Positions 1 to 60,004 of a stretch of DNA of 62,000 bases are shown here, one piece after another (the stretch's first letter is position 1; each line of letters begins with the position of its first letter). Source of the stretch: Acanthaster planci (lineage: Eukaryota); assembly GCF_001949145.1 (NCBI RefSeq), contig NW_019091402.1, positions 2,480,001-2,542,000 on the forward strand. Reading direction: 5' to 3'. The notes under the pieces were generated by a model. The model was not told where the DNA came from and ran no database searches. It saw nothing but the letters and a program-made list of their open reading frames with translations. A program made the translations under genes and the position numbers.

Positions 1-783
1 AACNNNNNNNNNNNNNNNNNNNNNNNNNNNNNNNNNNNNNNNNNNNNNNNNNNNNNNNNNNNNNNNNNNNNNNNNNNNNNNNNNNNNNNNNNNNNNNNNN
101 NNNNNNNNNNNNNNNNNNNNNNNNNNNNNNNNNNNNNNNNNNNNNNNNNNNNNNNNGACTGGGTCATTTTGTGCTGGTAACCTACTGTGTACACACTGAA
201 CCTGTGCATGTTTGAGTTCCATATAGAAAATACACACTCACCAGTGACTGTGGGCATTTGTGCACATTTGTGCTGTAAAACCAAAGGAGGGTTAATCTTA
301 TGGTTTCGGTACTTTCTAAATAGGGATTAATAGCTTGTGGGTGAAAAACAAGTTATAAGTAACTTGAGACCTGTGAGGTTCCATTAAGCACCGTCAATAT
401 ATCGATATAATCAATATGCTTTTGATATTGATGTGCCAATGTTATTTGGTAATATCAATTATCAAAAAAAACCAGATTTTGGAGAAATATCAAAAATACT
501 GGAACTTTGAAAACATCGCTATTGAAAAATATATCGAAAATATTGTTACTGAAGAACAAATTTTACTAAAAAATACGAAAGTGCATCGCCACATTACCAT
601 CATTTTGGATAAGCCATGGCTTTATATGTTGGTTCTCAGGCTGAGTAAAAAATGTCCCTGTAGCTTATACTCCGGGCAGCTTATACGGCGACATTGGAAG
701 AATAAATTCAGTCACCTACCACTATGAAAATCGGACCCCCTCAATTTTAGAGTATCACTGATACTAAACAATCAGCACTGTAC

Positions 784-955
784 CTCGTAGGTCGGTCTTT
801 CCCTTATTCTCTCCCACTTGGGCTTCTGGGGTAGTACGCGGACCACGGGCGCCATGCCCTGGCTGTACAGCTTCCCTTGCTTATTCATATTCATGATGTT
901 GATCTTTACCAGCTTGTTCATTGGGCAGCCCTTGATGGCAAAGTGGAACCACGAC
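784..955 (-). CDS. AGBL5: AGBL5/CCP5 coding exon 2 (gene continues leftwards into the gap or off-window)
   Basis: Encodes (R)[57 protein letters not shown], closely matching the vertebrate AGBL5 N-terminal region as I recall it; acceptor cctgacag, donor GAG|gtacag; phase 2 joins exon 1. Confidence 0.93.
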
Positions 956-1661
956 CTGTCAGGGGATGAACATACGAACGGATAACTACCCTGCCATCTC
1001 TGCTCTGAACTGCAAGTGGATGCCCGCTCAGCACGCCCTGCGGTTCCACACCTGTAAGCTGACTTCCACACATTGCAGTATACTCTTTCAGGTATCTTAA
1101 AAATTGTCTAGGAAGGTTTCAAGAATTTGAAGGACTGAAAGGGCTTCCCACAGTCCTCAATCCTCTGAAAGGTACAGGATGCAGGATAGACAGCATGTGG
1201 TTCCTACACAATGAGACACTGTACATACACATTTTAGACGATACGGACGAATCCTCAAGTAAATGGAGGTTAAGTAATCTTTTAAAAAATGGAAAAATAT
1301 TACTTTTTACAAAATCAAGCAACTACTCTCAATTCTTGGAGATGCTCAAGGAACAAACCCTTAACACCAAAGCATATGAAATATCAAACTACAGAGAGTT
1401 ACAGCTTGGTTAATGTTTTTTGATGCTATTGACAAACAGCCGAGCGACCATACCCTAGGGCTAATTCCAATTGGTTGACCGGACTTTCAAAATCATCCAT
1501 TGTTTGGGCAACATTGTTCGAGCTACAGCTAACGTGTCCTTGCATTATTTACGAAGCATAAAATTGTTTAGCCTTCAAACAACCAAAATCCCACTTCAAT
1601 AAAGGTCAACAACCAAGGTCAATCAAGATCAATTCTGATTTCTGGCAAGACTCTCGCATAC

Positions 1662-1861
1662 CTGTTGCCATTTTCGAACTCCGTCCCACCACAATCCGGC
1701 TTGGTCCACACGTTGAACTCATAGTCTGGTGTCGGGCTGGGGTCACCAACCCGTCTGATGGTCACATCATCTTCGTCATCATGGTAAACACGCTCGACCC
1801 GGGCCAAGTTGCCAGAGTCGAACTTTGACGTGAAGAGGAGACCTCCGCTGCGGTACTCCAT
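1662..1861 (-). CDS. AGBL5: AGBL5/CCP5 cytosolic carboxypeptidase 5, first coding exon
   Basis: [23 protein letters not shown]...[29 protein letters not shown] motif of the CCP (M14D) family; donor AG|gtatgc. Confidence 0.93.
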
Positions 1862-2161
1862 GGTCAGGTCAAGGAGACGAGAGCGGGAGGTTTAGCCTGT
1901 GTTGCCACTAGCAACCAGAGAATAGTCCGGATCACATCCTTCCTCATGAATTTAACACCAACAGAGATACTCCCTGGACCCCATTCATCTACGAGAACTG
2001 GAAAGGGCAATATTCATTATCAGATTCACCTCAATACCCATCATGCCCATGAACACTGGTGGTAGGGCATCCTTCAGGATTGAGAACACATTTTTTCATA
2101 AAGTTATATGTACAAATCGTCAGTTCAGTGCCAAAAGTAATTAGACTTACGGCAAAAATGT

Positions 2162-2293
2162 AATGGAGGGCCTGCGTGGAGTGCCCTCAAAGAGGACATG
2201 TTTTGTTATTTAGATGACAATGAAGTACTATAGCATATCACAAAGGCACAAAGACCTGTCATTTGTGAGGGCGCTCCACGCAGGCCCTCTATT
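2162..2293. mobile_element. Short palindromic MITE
   Basis: Arms gagggcctgcgtggagtgccctca / tgagggcgctccacgcaggccctc. Confidence 0.65.
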
Positions 2294-3151
2294 TTTGAAA
2301 GCACTCTCGTCTTAGGGCCTTATGAGCATGAACAAAATATTTCATTGAAACAGACTAGGCCCACCCTCCGTTTAAATTGGGGCCAATATATTCCTAAGAG
2401 AGAGTTCCGTCAAGGCCTATGGACAATAGGCCACTTGATGATGCCCCTGTACACAAACCTACAGTGAGTATACGACGCGTCTAAAAAAAAGTTTTTTAAG
2501 TAGGCCTGTGCCTAGTAGTAAATCATGCTTTGGAATTTTCCTTGACCTTGCTAAATTTCACTTTTTGGGACATGTTATCACTTTCTGACGGCTGTTGTAG
2601 GCCTAGGCCCCAACATTTTAGGGGAAAATTAGTGTCGTCTGTATATCATGCATATGGAACTCTTTCCTATTTATATTTCCACCAATTTGTTTGGCCTAAG
2701 TGCAATTTTCAAATATTAAGGACCTTCTTGACCTTTCCTTAAGCACACTGGGGCTGGCACGAGCTGACGACAAAATGTTGTTGGAAAAATTGTATCCAAT
2801 TGTATCGGCAAACATTGGCCAGTGAAAATGAAGCTGCACTGAGGTCATGGACGTCAACAGTCCAGTCTTCAGGTACTTAATATATGAGTCTAAATCCAAG
2901 CTGAAACGGGACACGAATGTTTCATTTGTTAAAGAAAAACGACTAGGCCCACCCGACAAGTGATGCCGTCTTATATGTCTAGTGCCCGCCGCCAAATTGG
3001 CAAACATAATTAACGAGTCCATAAGCATGATGAGCGCCGTCATGGCCGTAAACCAAACTAAGGCAGGCCAACATCGCATCTCGCAAAAACCACGCACAAA
3101 ACATCAGGTGCATTTCAAAGAAATGAACATTTAAAAAGCAAATATACTAAC

Positions 3152-3300
3152 CTTCCTTGCTCTTAAATGGGTGAACTCTAAAAATTTACCATTCTACTTT
3201 ATCTCGAAATCTGAGTTCATTAAAATTTTATAAAAATAAGTGTAGACGCCAGCATCTGTCCCTTGTACCAGTAGCCGGTGTGATACTGAAAACAAACTGT
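3152..3300 (-). other. Putative non-coding first exon (5'UTR) of AGBL5; 5' limit approximate
   Basis: Minus-strand donor GAAG|gttagt at 3151; candidate acceptor cctttccag at 1998 upstream of the ATG; promoter motifs immediately upstream. Confidence 0.4.
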
Positions 3301-3390
3301 TTAGCAACTGTCACGTGATAAAGATCAGCATTCTGATTGGTTTACAGTTGACTTTTCTTAATGGCACTTCGAGCTAACATGGAAACACAA
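3295..3390 (-). promoter_or_regulatory. Putative AGBL5 core promoter (E-box, CCAAT, RFX-like boxes)
   Basis: GTCACGTGA at 3310-3318; CCAAT on minus strand at 3336-3340; GCTAACATGGAAAC at 3373-3386; TTAGCAAC half-site at 3301-3308. Confidence 0.4.
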
Positions 3391-5179
3391 TTTCACTAGA
3401 TGGCTTATACTTTGCTTCCCTACTTTTCGATCCCCATACATCCGAATAAAAAAATAAATAAATAATAAAAAAAACAAGAAAAAGATGTGGTTGGCCGATG
3501 ATACATGTACCGATCAAGTCTGCTTTTTCAGTTGGACGGAAGGGTGATTTGTCAAGGTAACAAGCGGTAAAACGACAGTGACATACGGATTTCGAGCGTA
3601 TATAGGAGCCTAGCTATAAACTTATGAAAAACTTTGGCGCAATTTTTGATATAAGCGGAAGCATAGTGGGCAAAACTTAGGTAGCTACAAAAGCTTGTAC
3701 CTCTAGTTAGTCTTTTCACTAATAGGTGCCCTCCTTTATGCTGCATGTAAAGGCACAAGTGAATTGGCTATGGCCTGTACTGAGCTCAGTCACACCATGG
3801 AGGTCACACCATGGAGGTTGACCACCTCCATGGTCAATGCGCACGTGTCTGCTCCCCCCAACTCTCCAGCATACTACTAGTACATGCGGGCTAAACTATG
3901 CCGGTTCTCAAATATAATTCTTAATCAATTTTCTGCGATTTTTGTCTGAATGCTTGCGCTTGGCGATAGAATTAATAATAACGGGACAAAATCGCAAGGA
4001 AAGTTTCATGCAAAAAAAGACGCCCCCACATACAGCTGGCTGGGGACATACTGAGGCCTGCCACTTGTGGTCACGGACATGGCAAAATTCATTCAGTTGG
4101 AACGTTATCGTGCAAGGGGATTTTGCTACCTCTGACAAAAATCTTCACCGACTCATACATTAAAAAAAGGAAGTCCGCGTAGCCCTAAAGGGCCGCGAGC
4201 AGGTGCATGATAATTATTCCTATTTTGTTTTGTTTTGTCACTCCTAGTATATTCGCAGCCAAAAGAGGGGGGTAATTTTCAGTTTCATTTTACAAAAAAG
4301 CCAGATCATCACCGTGCTGATCTGCCAATTGCTGGAAGAAATGCAGCCGGTTATAAGGGTCTTTGACCTGGGGGTGGGCTAGGCCCTACTTGGTATTTTT
4401 CGGTGGGGAGTCGCTACATTTGAAACAGTCATAAGCCCACTAGGGGAACTTGGGCGCCGGGGTTCAGGATTGAAGGGGAAAATGCTGGGAATTACATGTT
4501 ACTCTACCAACCAAAATGAAACCAGTACAGATAACAAAGATAAATTGGCACTGCAGCAACCCTGAGTAGAAATTAATTGCGTGTCATATAAATATTCCAA
4601 TCATGAGGTAGGGGACGAGGCCCGGAGTTCGGCGCCTGCAGGGTGCCTCCCCTGCTGCGCCCACACGCCGCAAGTCCGGCAGGTACCCAGGGTTCAGAAT
4701 GTTGTGCGTTATTGAGCTATCCAGGGCGGCCCTTCAAAATCTGCCCCGAAAGTTACACCGAATAGCGTAATTATTTTTCCTATCTAAAAAAAACACCATG
4801 TAGCTTTACAGGTGTCTGGTTTGATTCCTCTATGGCCATGGGTTTTGTGAATTTGACATCTCGGCGCGGCGAACGCAAGTGAAGTGAACGCCCTCCAACG
4901 TTATTATTAGGAAGGCCACGTTGTTCACCTGCCGCGCCGCGGGTACCGTGTACATGTTGGCTAAATTTCACTGGTCCCAAATGACATTAACTATTCTTCG
5001 ACGCATTGGCCGGGTACCAGTATGATACGTGCAAGTTCAGTGAACTAATTTCGGTGGCAAGGTGACATGGCGGCCGTGAACAGCTAATGAAATCGCAAAA
5101 TGTAGGATTATTTTTCCAAAATTCTTTATGTTCTCAAGTGATTAATTAAGTTTTCTGAGCAGATGTGCTAGTCTCTGAG

Positions 5180-51808
<46,629 letters not shown>

Positions 51809-52557
51809 TGAGGGTGGGGTGACACTGCGACGCGACGGGGATGCTTGTGCAGTCGAATACCATGACATATACCCTAACAGATGGCCCGATACTTGCTGTG
51901 ACTTTGAAGAAAGGCACACCAAGACAAACACGGTGATACGAAGACACCACTCAGAGGCGGGATCATTGTCAAAAAGATGTATATTGTTTTCCTAGTTTTT
52001 TGTTAAGATTCAGTAAGGGGGCGTGCAAATCTGATTTAAAAAATGAACATGAAACATTTAAACTTTTCTTTTGTTACTTTCAAGTGAAAAACTTTCTGTC
52101 AAGAGTATATTTTGTAACACTTAAAAGTCATTCAGTGTTATTTTCTCTGGCCAAACCTTCAGATGTCTGACCCTGTATCCTTCACGAGTTCATACTATAA
52201 CCCATCCCAAGCAGCAATGACTTGGCGGTTCTCCTTCCCACTGAATGGGAATTTAGCACAGCAATAGCAAGTGGCCTGACTGTTGAATAGAAAAAAGCAT
52301 TAAGCATCGAATTGTTCAGTCGTGCCGACTAAAAGAATAATTGAGCAGGTAGCGGTCGCGATCGTGTTGTTTTTTATTATTTTTTCCCGATGTCGCTTTC
52401 CGTTCCCCAGTGTCTGTGTTAAATTCCTTTCATGAGTGTACTGGATGAAGTATTTGAATTGGCAGCCTATTATTCAAAGGAAAAAAAAGTTCATGTATTT
52501 TTGTGTCATTCAGAACCAGCATTCCTATCCAAATGATGTAGTCGAACTAAAATGAAG

Positions 52558-52567
52558 AATAAATAAA
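52558..52567 (+). terminator. Candidate polyadenylation signal of ARFGEF (overlapping AATAAA x2)
   Basis: AATAAATAAA about 750 nt after the stop, with a T/GT-rich tract downstream. Confidence 0.55.
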
Positions 52568-53102
52568 CGTGGACTTGTACAGATTACAATTTGATATGAG
52601 AAATACTGGGAATCGGATCGGAAATAATTTTTGTGTTTGTATAAAACAAATTCTGTATCTTTTATACACACCCCAGCTGTAAATGTGTACTGTACATCCA
52701 TGGATATTTTTAGGAGTACTGTCGCCATTGTTTGGTCAAAAATAATGAATTATTTGTATTTAGGTTGAAGAATTTTACTTCGTAAAGATGCGAGAAAAGA
52801 AAGCTTGAAGGAAATGAAATTTCCAGTGCTAATTTCCATAGTGATTATCTTAGTTGAAATAAGGTTTGAAGGCTTTTGACCAACTGGAAAAATAGAATCA
52901 TGCTAAGGGGTGGTCAGGTTTATTTCTTGGAGACTCTTTTGTCTTCCTTGGTAACAGACTAGTAGACTGATGGCCTGCCCTCATTGAAAGAGGGCAGATT
53001 AATTACCTCTCCGATTCCATAGATATTTCATTGGTTACCGTACATACTCGCTGGGGCAATTACTTCACCTTTTGTGAAGGCTGAGTGGGACTACCTCTGA
53101 GA

Positions 53103-53376
53103 GGAGTCAGGTTGGCGTAGTGGTTCTTTCCCCGCCTTCCACCCCTGCGGCCCGGGTTCGAAATCCCGGCCCGGTCCACATGTGGATTGGGTTTTCAGTC
53201 CCTACCTGATTCTGTACGTTTTACCCAGAATATTCCTCTGGGGGCTTCCTCCCACCTCCAAAACTGTAAATGCTTATCACTCCCTCCTCTCTACAGGTTT
53301 CTTCAGGCTTGCGAGCTACAGTGCACTTTTGAGGAATCCTTGGTGTCATTACCAGAAATATAATAATAAGAATAAT
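53103..53376 (+). mobile_element. Full-length tRNA-derived SINE (family A)
   Basis: A-box TGGCGTAGTGG, B-box GGTTCGAAATCC, CTTCCTCCCAC core, (AAT)n-like tail. Confidence 0.85.
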
Positions 53377-56300
53377 TTCACACGGAGCACTGCATGCCCA
53401 TGACCTGTTGTCAGAGGTCATCCGGGCAGAAAGACTGGTCCCTTACGTTTCTCAAACCTCTTGGGCTTTTTTCCTGTCCGTGGCGTTGAGCTCGTATCAG
53501 ATCCACACATTAGAACCAAAATGCGTGGAAGCAAATGTTTCCAAACGTAAAAGTTTTTTTGTTCAAACTTCGCATATTACGCAAAAAGATGTTCAAAATG
53601 GTTCTTGGGAAAGACCCGAAACCTCACACAAGATCGTATTGCGAGAGAGCCCTTTGTTTAGAGAGCCCACAATTAGACTTATGGCCAAGTTTCAGTGGGC
53701 GATCTTATCTCAACCGCTAGTCGATTCACCTGTTAAAACTGTGCTTCATATTTCATCCTGGTTACCCAGGCAAAAATCGGTCAGTGGTCAAACGCTCGCC
53801 AACGAAACCTGGCCGGTGTGCAGTGATCAGAAGGTGTCGCTCTCTACACGAGTTCTTTTTTATTTTTCATATTGAAACAAACGCTCAGTTTATACATTTC
53901 CAAGCATGTTCTGAAAAGGAGGAAATGGGAAATTAATTATTCGTCCGCGCGGACTGTTTTTGCCTCGGAAATAAAAGAATAAATTTAAATCAATCTTACA
54001 GCTCTCCCCTAATGCGGTATACTAAGTGTAGAAATTTATGAATAAAGCCACCGTTTTTTATTATTCGATTTTTTTAAAATATTTATTTGAAATTTTATCC
54101 GTAGGAAACTTCGATTGTGGTATCACTTCCCCTAGTTTTGTGTCTGCGTTTTCCTTAAATTACCCCAGTAATTCCAATAGGCTTTCGTGTGACATTCCTT
54201 TTTCTGTTTCTTTCCACAGTTGTTTGGGTAATTTTGCAAAGTGTGTCATGGATTCGTGCATATTGATATCATTCGACTACTTTTCTCGTAGCCACGTTAT
54301 CGTTTGTAACCCGGCGTTGTGTATAGCTTTTGTGACTGTACATATGCATTGGGAACTGATAAGTTTAATTTATCCGCTACGGACAAAGTTTAAATAGAGA
54401 AATCGTTGCTTTAAGAATTATATTTCTGGCTTTTGTGATTACGTTGTAACTCAATAAAGAACCGAAGAAATGTCTGAGAAGTTATTCTGTTAAGGTCTGT
54501 GTTATGTGAAAAATTTTTTTGACTGCCATTTTATAAGGGCTGCCCTTTTGACGTCACAATCGTGGTTTTCCTATAAGTGGCTGCTAAAATTATGGTTGGC
54601 CGTCGGTGCAACAGTAAAAGGATTATTCACAAAGTGTCAAAAATCCCACGCAGCTATCAGAACAGCGGATAATAAAACACATAATACTAAATACTAAGAG
54701 GAAATTCATTCCTTTTGAAACAGTGGGATATTTATTCATTTTGAACGAATTTAGAGGTTAAATCGAAAACCAACGAAAAGGTGACATACATGTATCTGCA
54801 AACTTTGGCCGCCCGTGAAAATTCTAGGCAAAATGAGAGTCGTCTACACGTTATACGATGAGTGTTGATGGGTCCTGTGGTAAGAATTCCTCTGTGAATG
54901 GGACGTTTCATTGAATGAGTTCTTTCTAGTGCACGAAAATGAATCCGTGGCTTGTTGTTTTAATCCCTTCGTTATACCCGAAATTTCCTTGGTCATAGGT
55001 GCAAGGTTACCCTCTCGACGCCACCCGAGAAGACTTTGGAATCTTGACAACAGGACATACACTCGGACCTTAATACTGAGAATGCCATGTGACTGTTCCA
55101 TGCGATCTGTCGACGAACGCCAGTTCATTCATCAGGCGAAAACGAAGCAAATGTGACGTCACGCTCAACTTTTATGAAATTGATCTGACGTCACAATTTC
55201 GCTTTCGTTTGCGCGGCGCATGTCAACAATGCCACCATCAGCCGATCGCCTTTCTTTTTCACGGTTGTGGAAGACTGTTTAAACATTTTTAAAAAAAAGA
55301 ACTAAAGTTATAAATTTCATACAGGATCCACCCGGCGAGCGATCGATATAGGTAATCGGTGTAAAAAGCCCAAATGATTATCCTTACCCAATTAATTGTG
55401 AACAACAAAGCACTGCATGATCTCAAGAAGTTCATGCATCACCCACGACTTCGCGCATTTCTCTTATAGTGCTGCGATATCGTGTGTGATGAAAACTACA
55501 TGTACCTCGATGACAGCTGATCGACAACCCACCAATCAAATGACGGGCATTCATTCATTTAGGCGTTTGTTTTGTCCATTCTTTGTACAGTTTGTTGTGA
55601 TGTTGCGGACTCCATATCTTCAGGGGTGTGGGGTTGTTAGCCCGTTGCAAAATCGTTCACCGTCACGGTTTTGTCTTCTCAGCGTCCTGACTTTGCCTCA
55701 TAAAAGATCCGTCCCGCGTTGCAATCAGCAACTCCACTCCCCCCGCCCCTTCCCGGCTTACAGCTGCATGTCTTGCTCGACTTCGCTCGACACCGATGTA
55801 CTACAGTACTCGCGTGGACGGCAGGCGCTCAAATTAAACTGTCGGTCCAACGTCTGCCATTTGGACATGGACCTTAATTCCCAAAATTTTATATTCTTTC
55901 CCTATCCCCAACAAGTTCCGATGGATTCTGGCGTGAAATCCGATGCACACCAAAGATTATATAGCGCCGCGTACGATCTTTGGTGCACACAGCCGACCGG
56001 CAGTACGCTGCATAGTCTCTGCTCCATTCGTCACCTTAGGCCCGGCTACTCAGGTGCTTGAGTGCAGCTCCTTCGCTAATTGTCGGCATGCGGGCTTACA
56101 GGCCGACGGACCATAGTGAGATTCGCTTTTTTTTCATCAATTGCCCCTGCATTTTGTACGTTCCTGTGCTTGTTCGGCTTTTTCTTTTCTTTTCTTTTTT
56201 ACTGCATTGATTTGTACATTTTTCCACAGAGGCAAACAAAACAATTGTTCTGCCGGATATAACAATTGCTAAGACAAAGAGCTGCAGAACATTTCCTCCA

Positions 56301-59300
56301 CGCATATTCCGCATTTACGAAAGCACAGTGCTATGTGTTCGCTAGAAGTCCGAAAGCCCAGTTGCCAAGGATATGGTTGATTTTCTCTCCAATGAATTAT
56401 TACCGTGGAAACTGATGGTGTCTTTTTGCGGATGATTTTAATGAATGGTGAAATGTTGTGCTTTGTGCTTTTTTACAAAAAATAAAAAAAGGAAGTTCAA
56501 ATTTTATAAAAGACCGCATTCTTGTGTTTAGTGAGATATGCAGGGTCGCATTGGTGGTCAGTGACGTCATTTTTCGAGAACGTGTGTTGAAGCAAACTAA
56601 AATGATTGGGCCTGTGTACCTTGAAGCGACAGTGCACATTTGTTATTGGCCAAAATACGGGTCCTATCGTGTTGCCACGGTAACGGGTGACGGTGTGCAG
56701 GGGAAGAAAGTTGTGACATAGCCTTACAGGAAAACTGAAAGAATAATACAGGCCTAATTGTTCTGCAGAAATTCTGCAGACACTGAAGAAAGTGGAAAAT
56801 GGCGTTTTATAATTCCCATGGCGCGAAGTACAACGCATGTAGCTCCGGCGTTATAAAAACACTTGCAAACATCGACCATCTTGATAATCCTGTCCTCTGC
56901 ACTAGGCCTACTTTAAACCCTTTCCATGGGCGTCAGACTGAACTTTATCATACTTATAAAGACTGCTGCGAAGTTCAAGTATACAGCCGTGAATGTGTTT
57001 TGTAAATTTCCGTCTCTTATAATTCGCAGTGCAATCGGTAAACTTGTGCACATGCCCCTACATGTACAGTCAATAAATCAAACTTTAAAATACAGCGCCC
57101 TGCGAGGAGCGTTTTGACATCTTGCGAGAATTTTTTATCCAAAATTGTGAGAGGGGGCTCAAATAACTCCCTTCCTTTTTATACTTGGTAACCCCCTGAC
57201 ATGAGATCTACTGAGGTTCCCGTCCACTCAAATCACCTCCCCGTTCAGCGGCAGCTGGCTTAGCTCTTAAAGGTGCTAAAGCATGTGTATTACTGGAAAT
57301 GGCAGGCAAAATAATTCAGTTTCCTATAAGACAAACAGCCTATCCGCCTTGAGCAGAAACACCCCCTCATCGGTTGAAAGGAGTTATTTGGTCGGGAGTG
57401 CTCATTTCGTTGGTAGCGATGCGATCCTTATGCGTGCATTTCATAGTCGTTTAATGGTAAACCAGTGAAGTGCAGGCAGTACCTACTAATGCTAAGTAAG
57501 GGGCCTGCGTTGCTAGGAAAATTGCAGGCGAAGTTGGTCTATTCCAACGTAAGTGCAGAACTGATTACGTTGTTTATAATCTCGTGCCTATACGTGCAAA
57601 ATAACAACCACAATAATTTGTCACGGACACTTTGAACCAACCCCTGAATGGGCTTTGAACTGTCAGTATTTAAGATGAAGTTAACACGGCAGGGTACGGT
57701 CCCTAAATTTGTTAGCTTTGTCTCAGAATTTCCGGCCTTGTTGAATTCATCACCAGCTGAGATGGTGGGTGGGAAATCGGCCCCCATGAGGACATCTTGC
57801 TAGGTAAAAAAAAATGGTATCAACAACACGTCATGAACAATCGACATTAGTATCCTTTGATGAAGAGAGGGCTGTTTCACAGATGAAAAACAAAATAATG
57901 GACAATCATTTCTGGGAAAATTCGTCCCCTCTCCTGACCCAGCAGACTCAAAATCGTGTTACAAAGATACAGGTACACGTGCTGATATCATTGTTTTTGG
58001 CGTCTTCCTTTTCATACTCGGAATATTGGGAATCGATACTGCAAAAATGTTGCCCTGCAAATTTTATGTAAAAAGAGAGTGTTCATATTTTTTCCCAACA
58101 AAACAACCTCGACGGGCAGAGAGTTTTACAAAAACAACCCTGTGGGGCAGAGAGAAGTTTAGTCCTCATTAATTTTGGTGCTGTGCAACGCCGTGAAATT
58201 CAATTTAATTCTGGTCGAGCGAAAGTACAGATTAAGTGCAGTTTAATCCTGACAAACAGCTTGGAAAAATTAACATCAGGCTTTTTTTTCAAGCATGTTA
58301 ACTGCGCCGGAAAAGGGCTCCCGTTATATATCCCTATTATAGTAATTGGTTGATGCTCTCTGGAGCTTTCTATTCTATCATTACGTCAGGTTGTACGCAA
58401 CTGGCTTGTTGTTTAGCGATCTGAATTGACAATGCAAATAGCGTTTTACGGTTTCACGTCCTTCAATTTCGCCATCCGTGGTTTTGTTCAGCTGCATGAA
58501 GGTTTCGTAGCTGGGAACTGTACCTTCCAAGTTGCTGGGCATACTGGTGCATTATTGCTCAGTCAGTAAGCCACCATTTTATTTCGAGAAGGTCCTTCTA
58601 AATTTTCCAACTTAGAGAAATTCAAGATGGCTTGGATCTAAAATTAATTACTTGCGCATCCCAGTAACTTGCAAATGAGTATATGAATAAGCTTTAACAA
58701 GAGCAGAGTTGTAATGGCTCGAGTCGGCGACTCGACTCGGTCACAAATTTGGCGATTCGTCATTTGACTTGTTACAAATGTCCAAGGGAATCTTGGTGGA
58801 TAAGACAGCTTTAAAAATAAACTTTATGTGTTCTAAATATTTAATGTAACACTGGGTGCCACCGATGGTTTAAATTTCAAAGTTTTGGCCCAAAGAATAA
58901 ACAAGTCGTGTATTTAGGGATCTTGAACCACATTTTCGGAGTGAGGATTCAAGTTGTTGGAGGGAGGTCGATTGGGAATTTCTCAATCACTTTTTTTACG
59001 GGGATGGAGGCTAAATTTTACACGCTTATGGAAGGCAGGGAGATGACATGATCCCTTAGTGGCTTTTCAGTGGTTCAGAATATTGCTTTTTTTAGGGGCA
59101 GCGCAAGGCCTCCGTTGCCATTGGCTTCCTCCCCCAATGGCCGGCTAATCACGTTTGCCCTGAAATGTTTCCATCCTTGCCGAAAACTCGCCATTGTTAA
59201 GAATATACGTGGCTGTGCATCTAGAATATGTCAACATGGCTGACACAAAAGAATGGCCGTTCATAATCCTCTTATAATTATGAGAAGGCAGAGAGTGGTG

Positions 59301-59349
59301 TCCCTATGCTTCCAGAGGCATTTCTATTCCAACGAGAGGAGTTCGTATC

Positions 59350-60004
59350 AACAGAAGCCTCCCGTTTTTCTTTTTAAAATTGGAAGAAAAGATTCTCCTG
59401 ACTGTGCTTTTTGTGATAAACGTCCTGAAACTTCGATTCATATTTTTCAATGAGTGTGATCATGTTTCACGCATCTTGTCAGACCTCATGTCTTTTACCA
59501 ATCAAAATCTCAAAGACCCTATTAAGTTTGGGAAATTTGAATTGTATTTTGGTGTTCCCCATAATAAATGTTTGACTTATGTTTTTCATTGTATAAGTTT
59601 TATATTATAAATTAAAATTTATAGATGTAAATTCCAGACTCAAATTCCTTCCTTTTGGGTGTCATAAGATTATTTTACAAAATCAGTATGATATATTATA
59701 AGATTGCTATGTAAAATCAAAGCCTTAGTCTTCATTATTCAAAATGGAATTTTCAATTCTAATTCTGTAGACCCTATGCAATCATTTCAAATGTACATGT
59801 CCATGTAGAGTGACCATTTCCCTTCATCTCTTCATGGCCCTCTCCTTTTCTTTCTTCATCTGGAGTGTTTTCTGTACTTTCCAATTACCTCCTGTCTTTC
59901 CAATTTCCTTAATTTTGGATGATTGGTGCTTTTACTTTCCAATATATGTTTATTTGTGTTTTTCTCATCAATAAAACAAAGAAAAACAAAACATTAAAAA
60001 AAAA
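59350..60004 (+). mobile_element. 5'-truncated, frameshifted L1/Tx1-like LINE 3' end
   Basis: FLFKIGRKDSPDCAFCDKRPETSIHIF..ECDHV resembles the C-terminal CCHC zinc finger of L1/Tx1 ORF2; followed by a IYRCKFQ-like segment, pyrimidine-rich UTR and A-rich tail. Confidence 0.7.

Noticed and set aside
53103..53180. tRNA-like sequences (also 15960-16035 and 29550-29627)
   Set aside because: They are SINE heads followed by a shared core and tail, not intact cloverleaf tRNA genes
55417..56061. 214-aa ORF on +, and a faint THAP-like decayed peptide on - (about 55900-56115)
   Set aside because: No recognisable domain or exon-like codon bias; the minus-strand hint needs several stops and frameshifts
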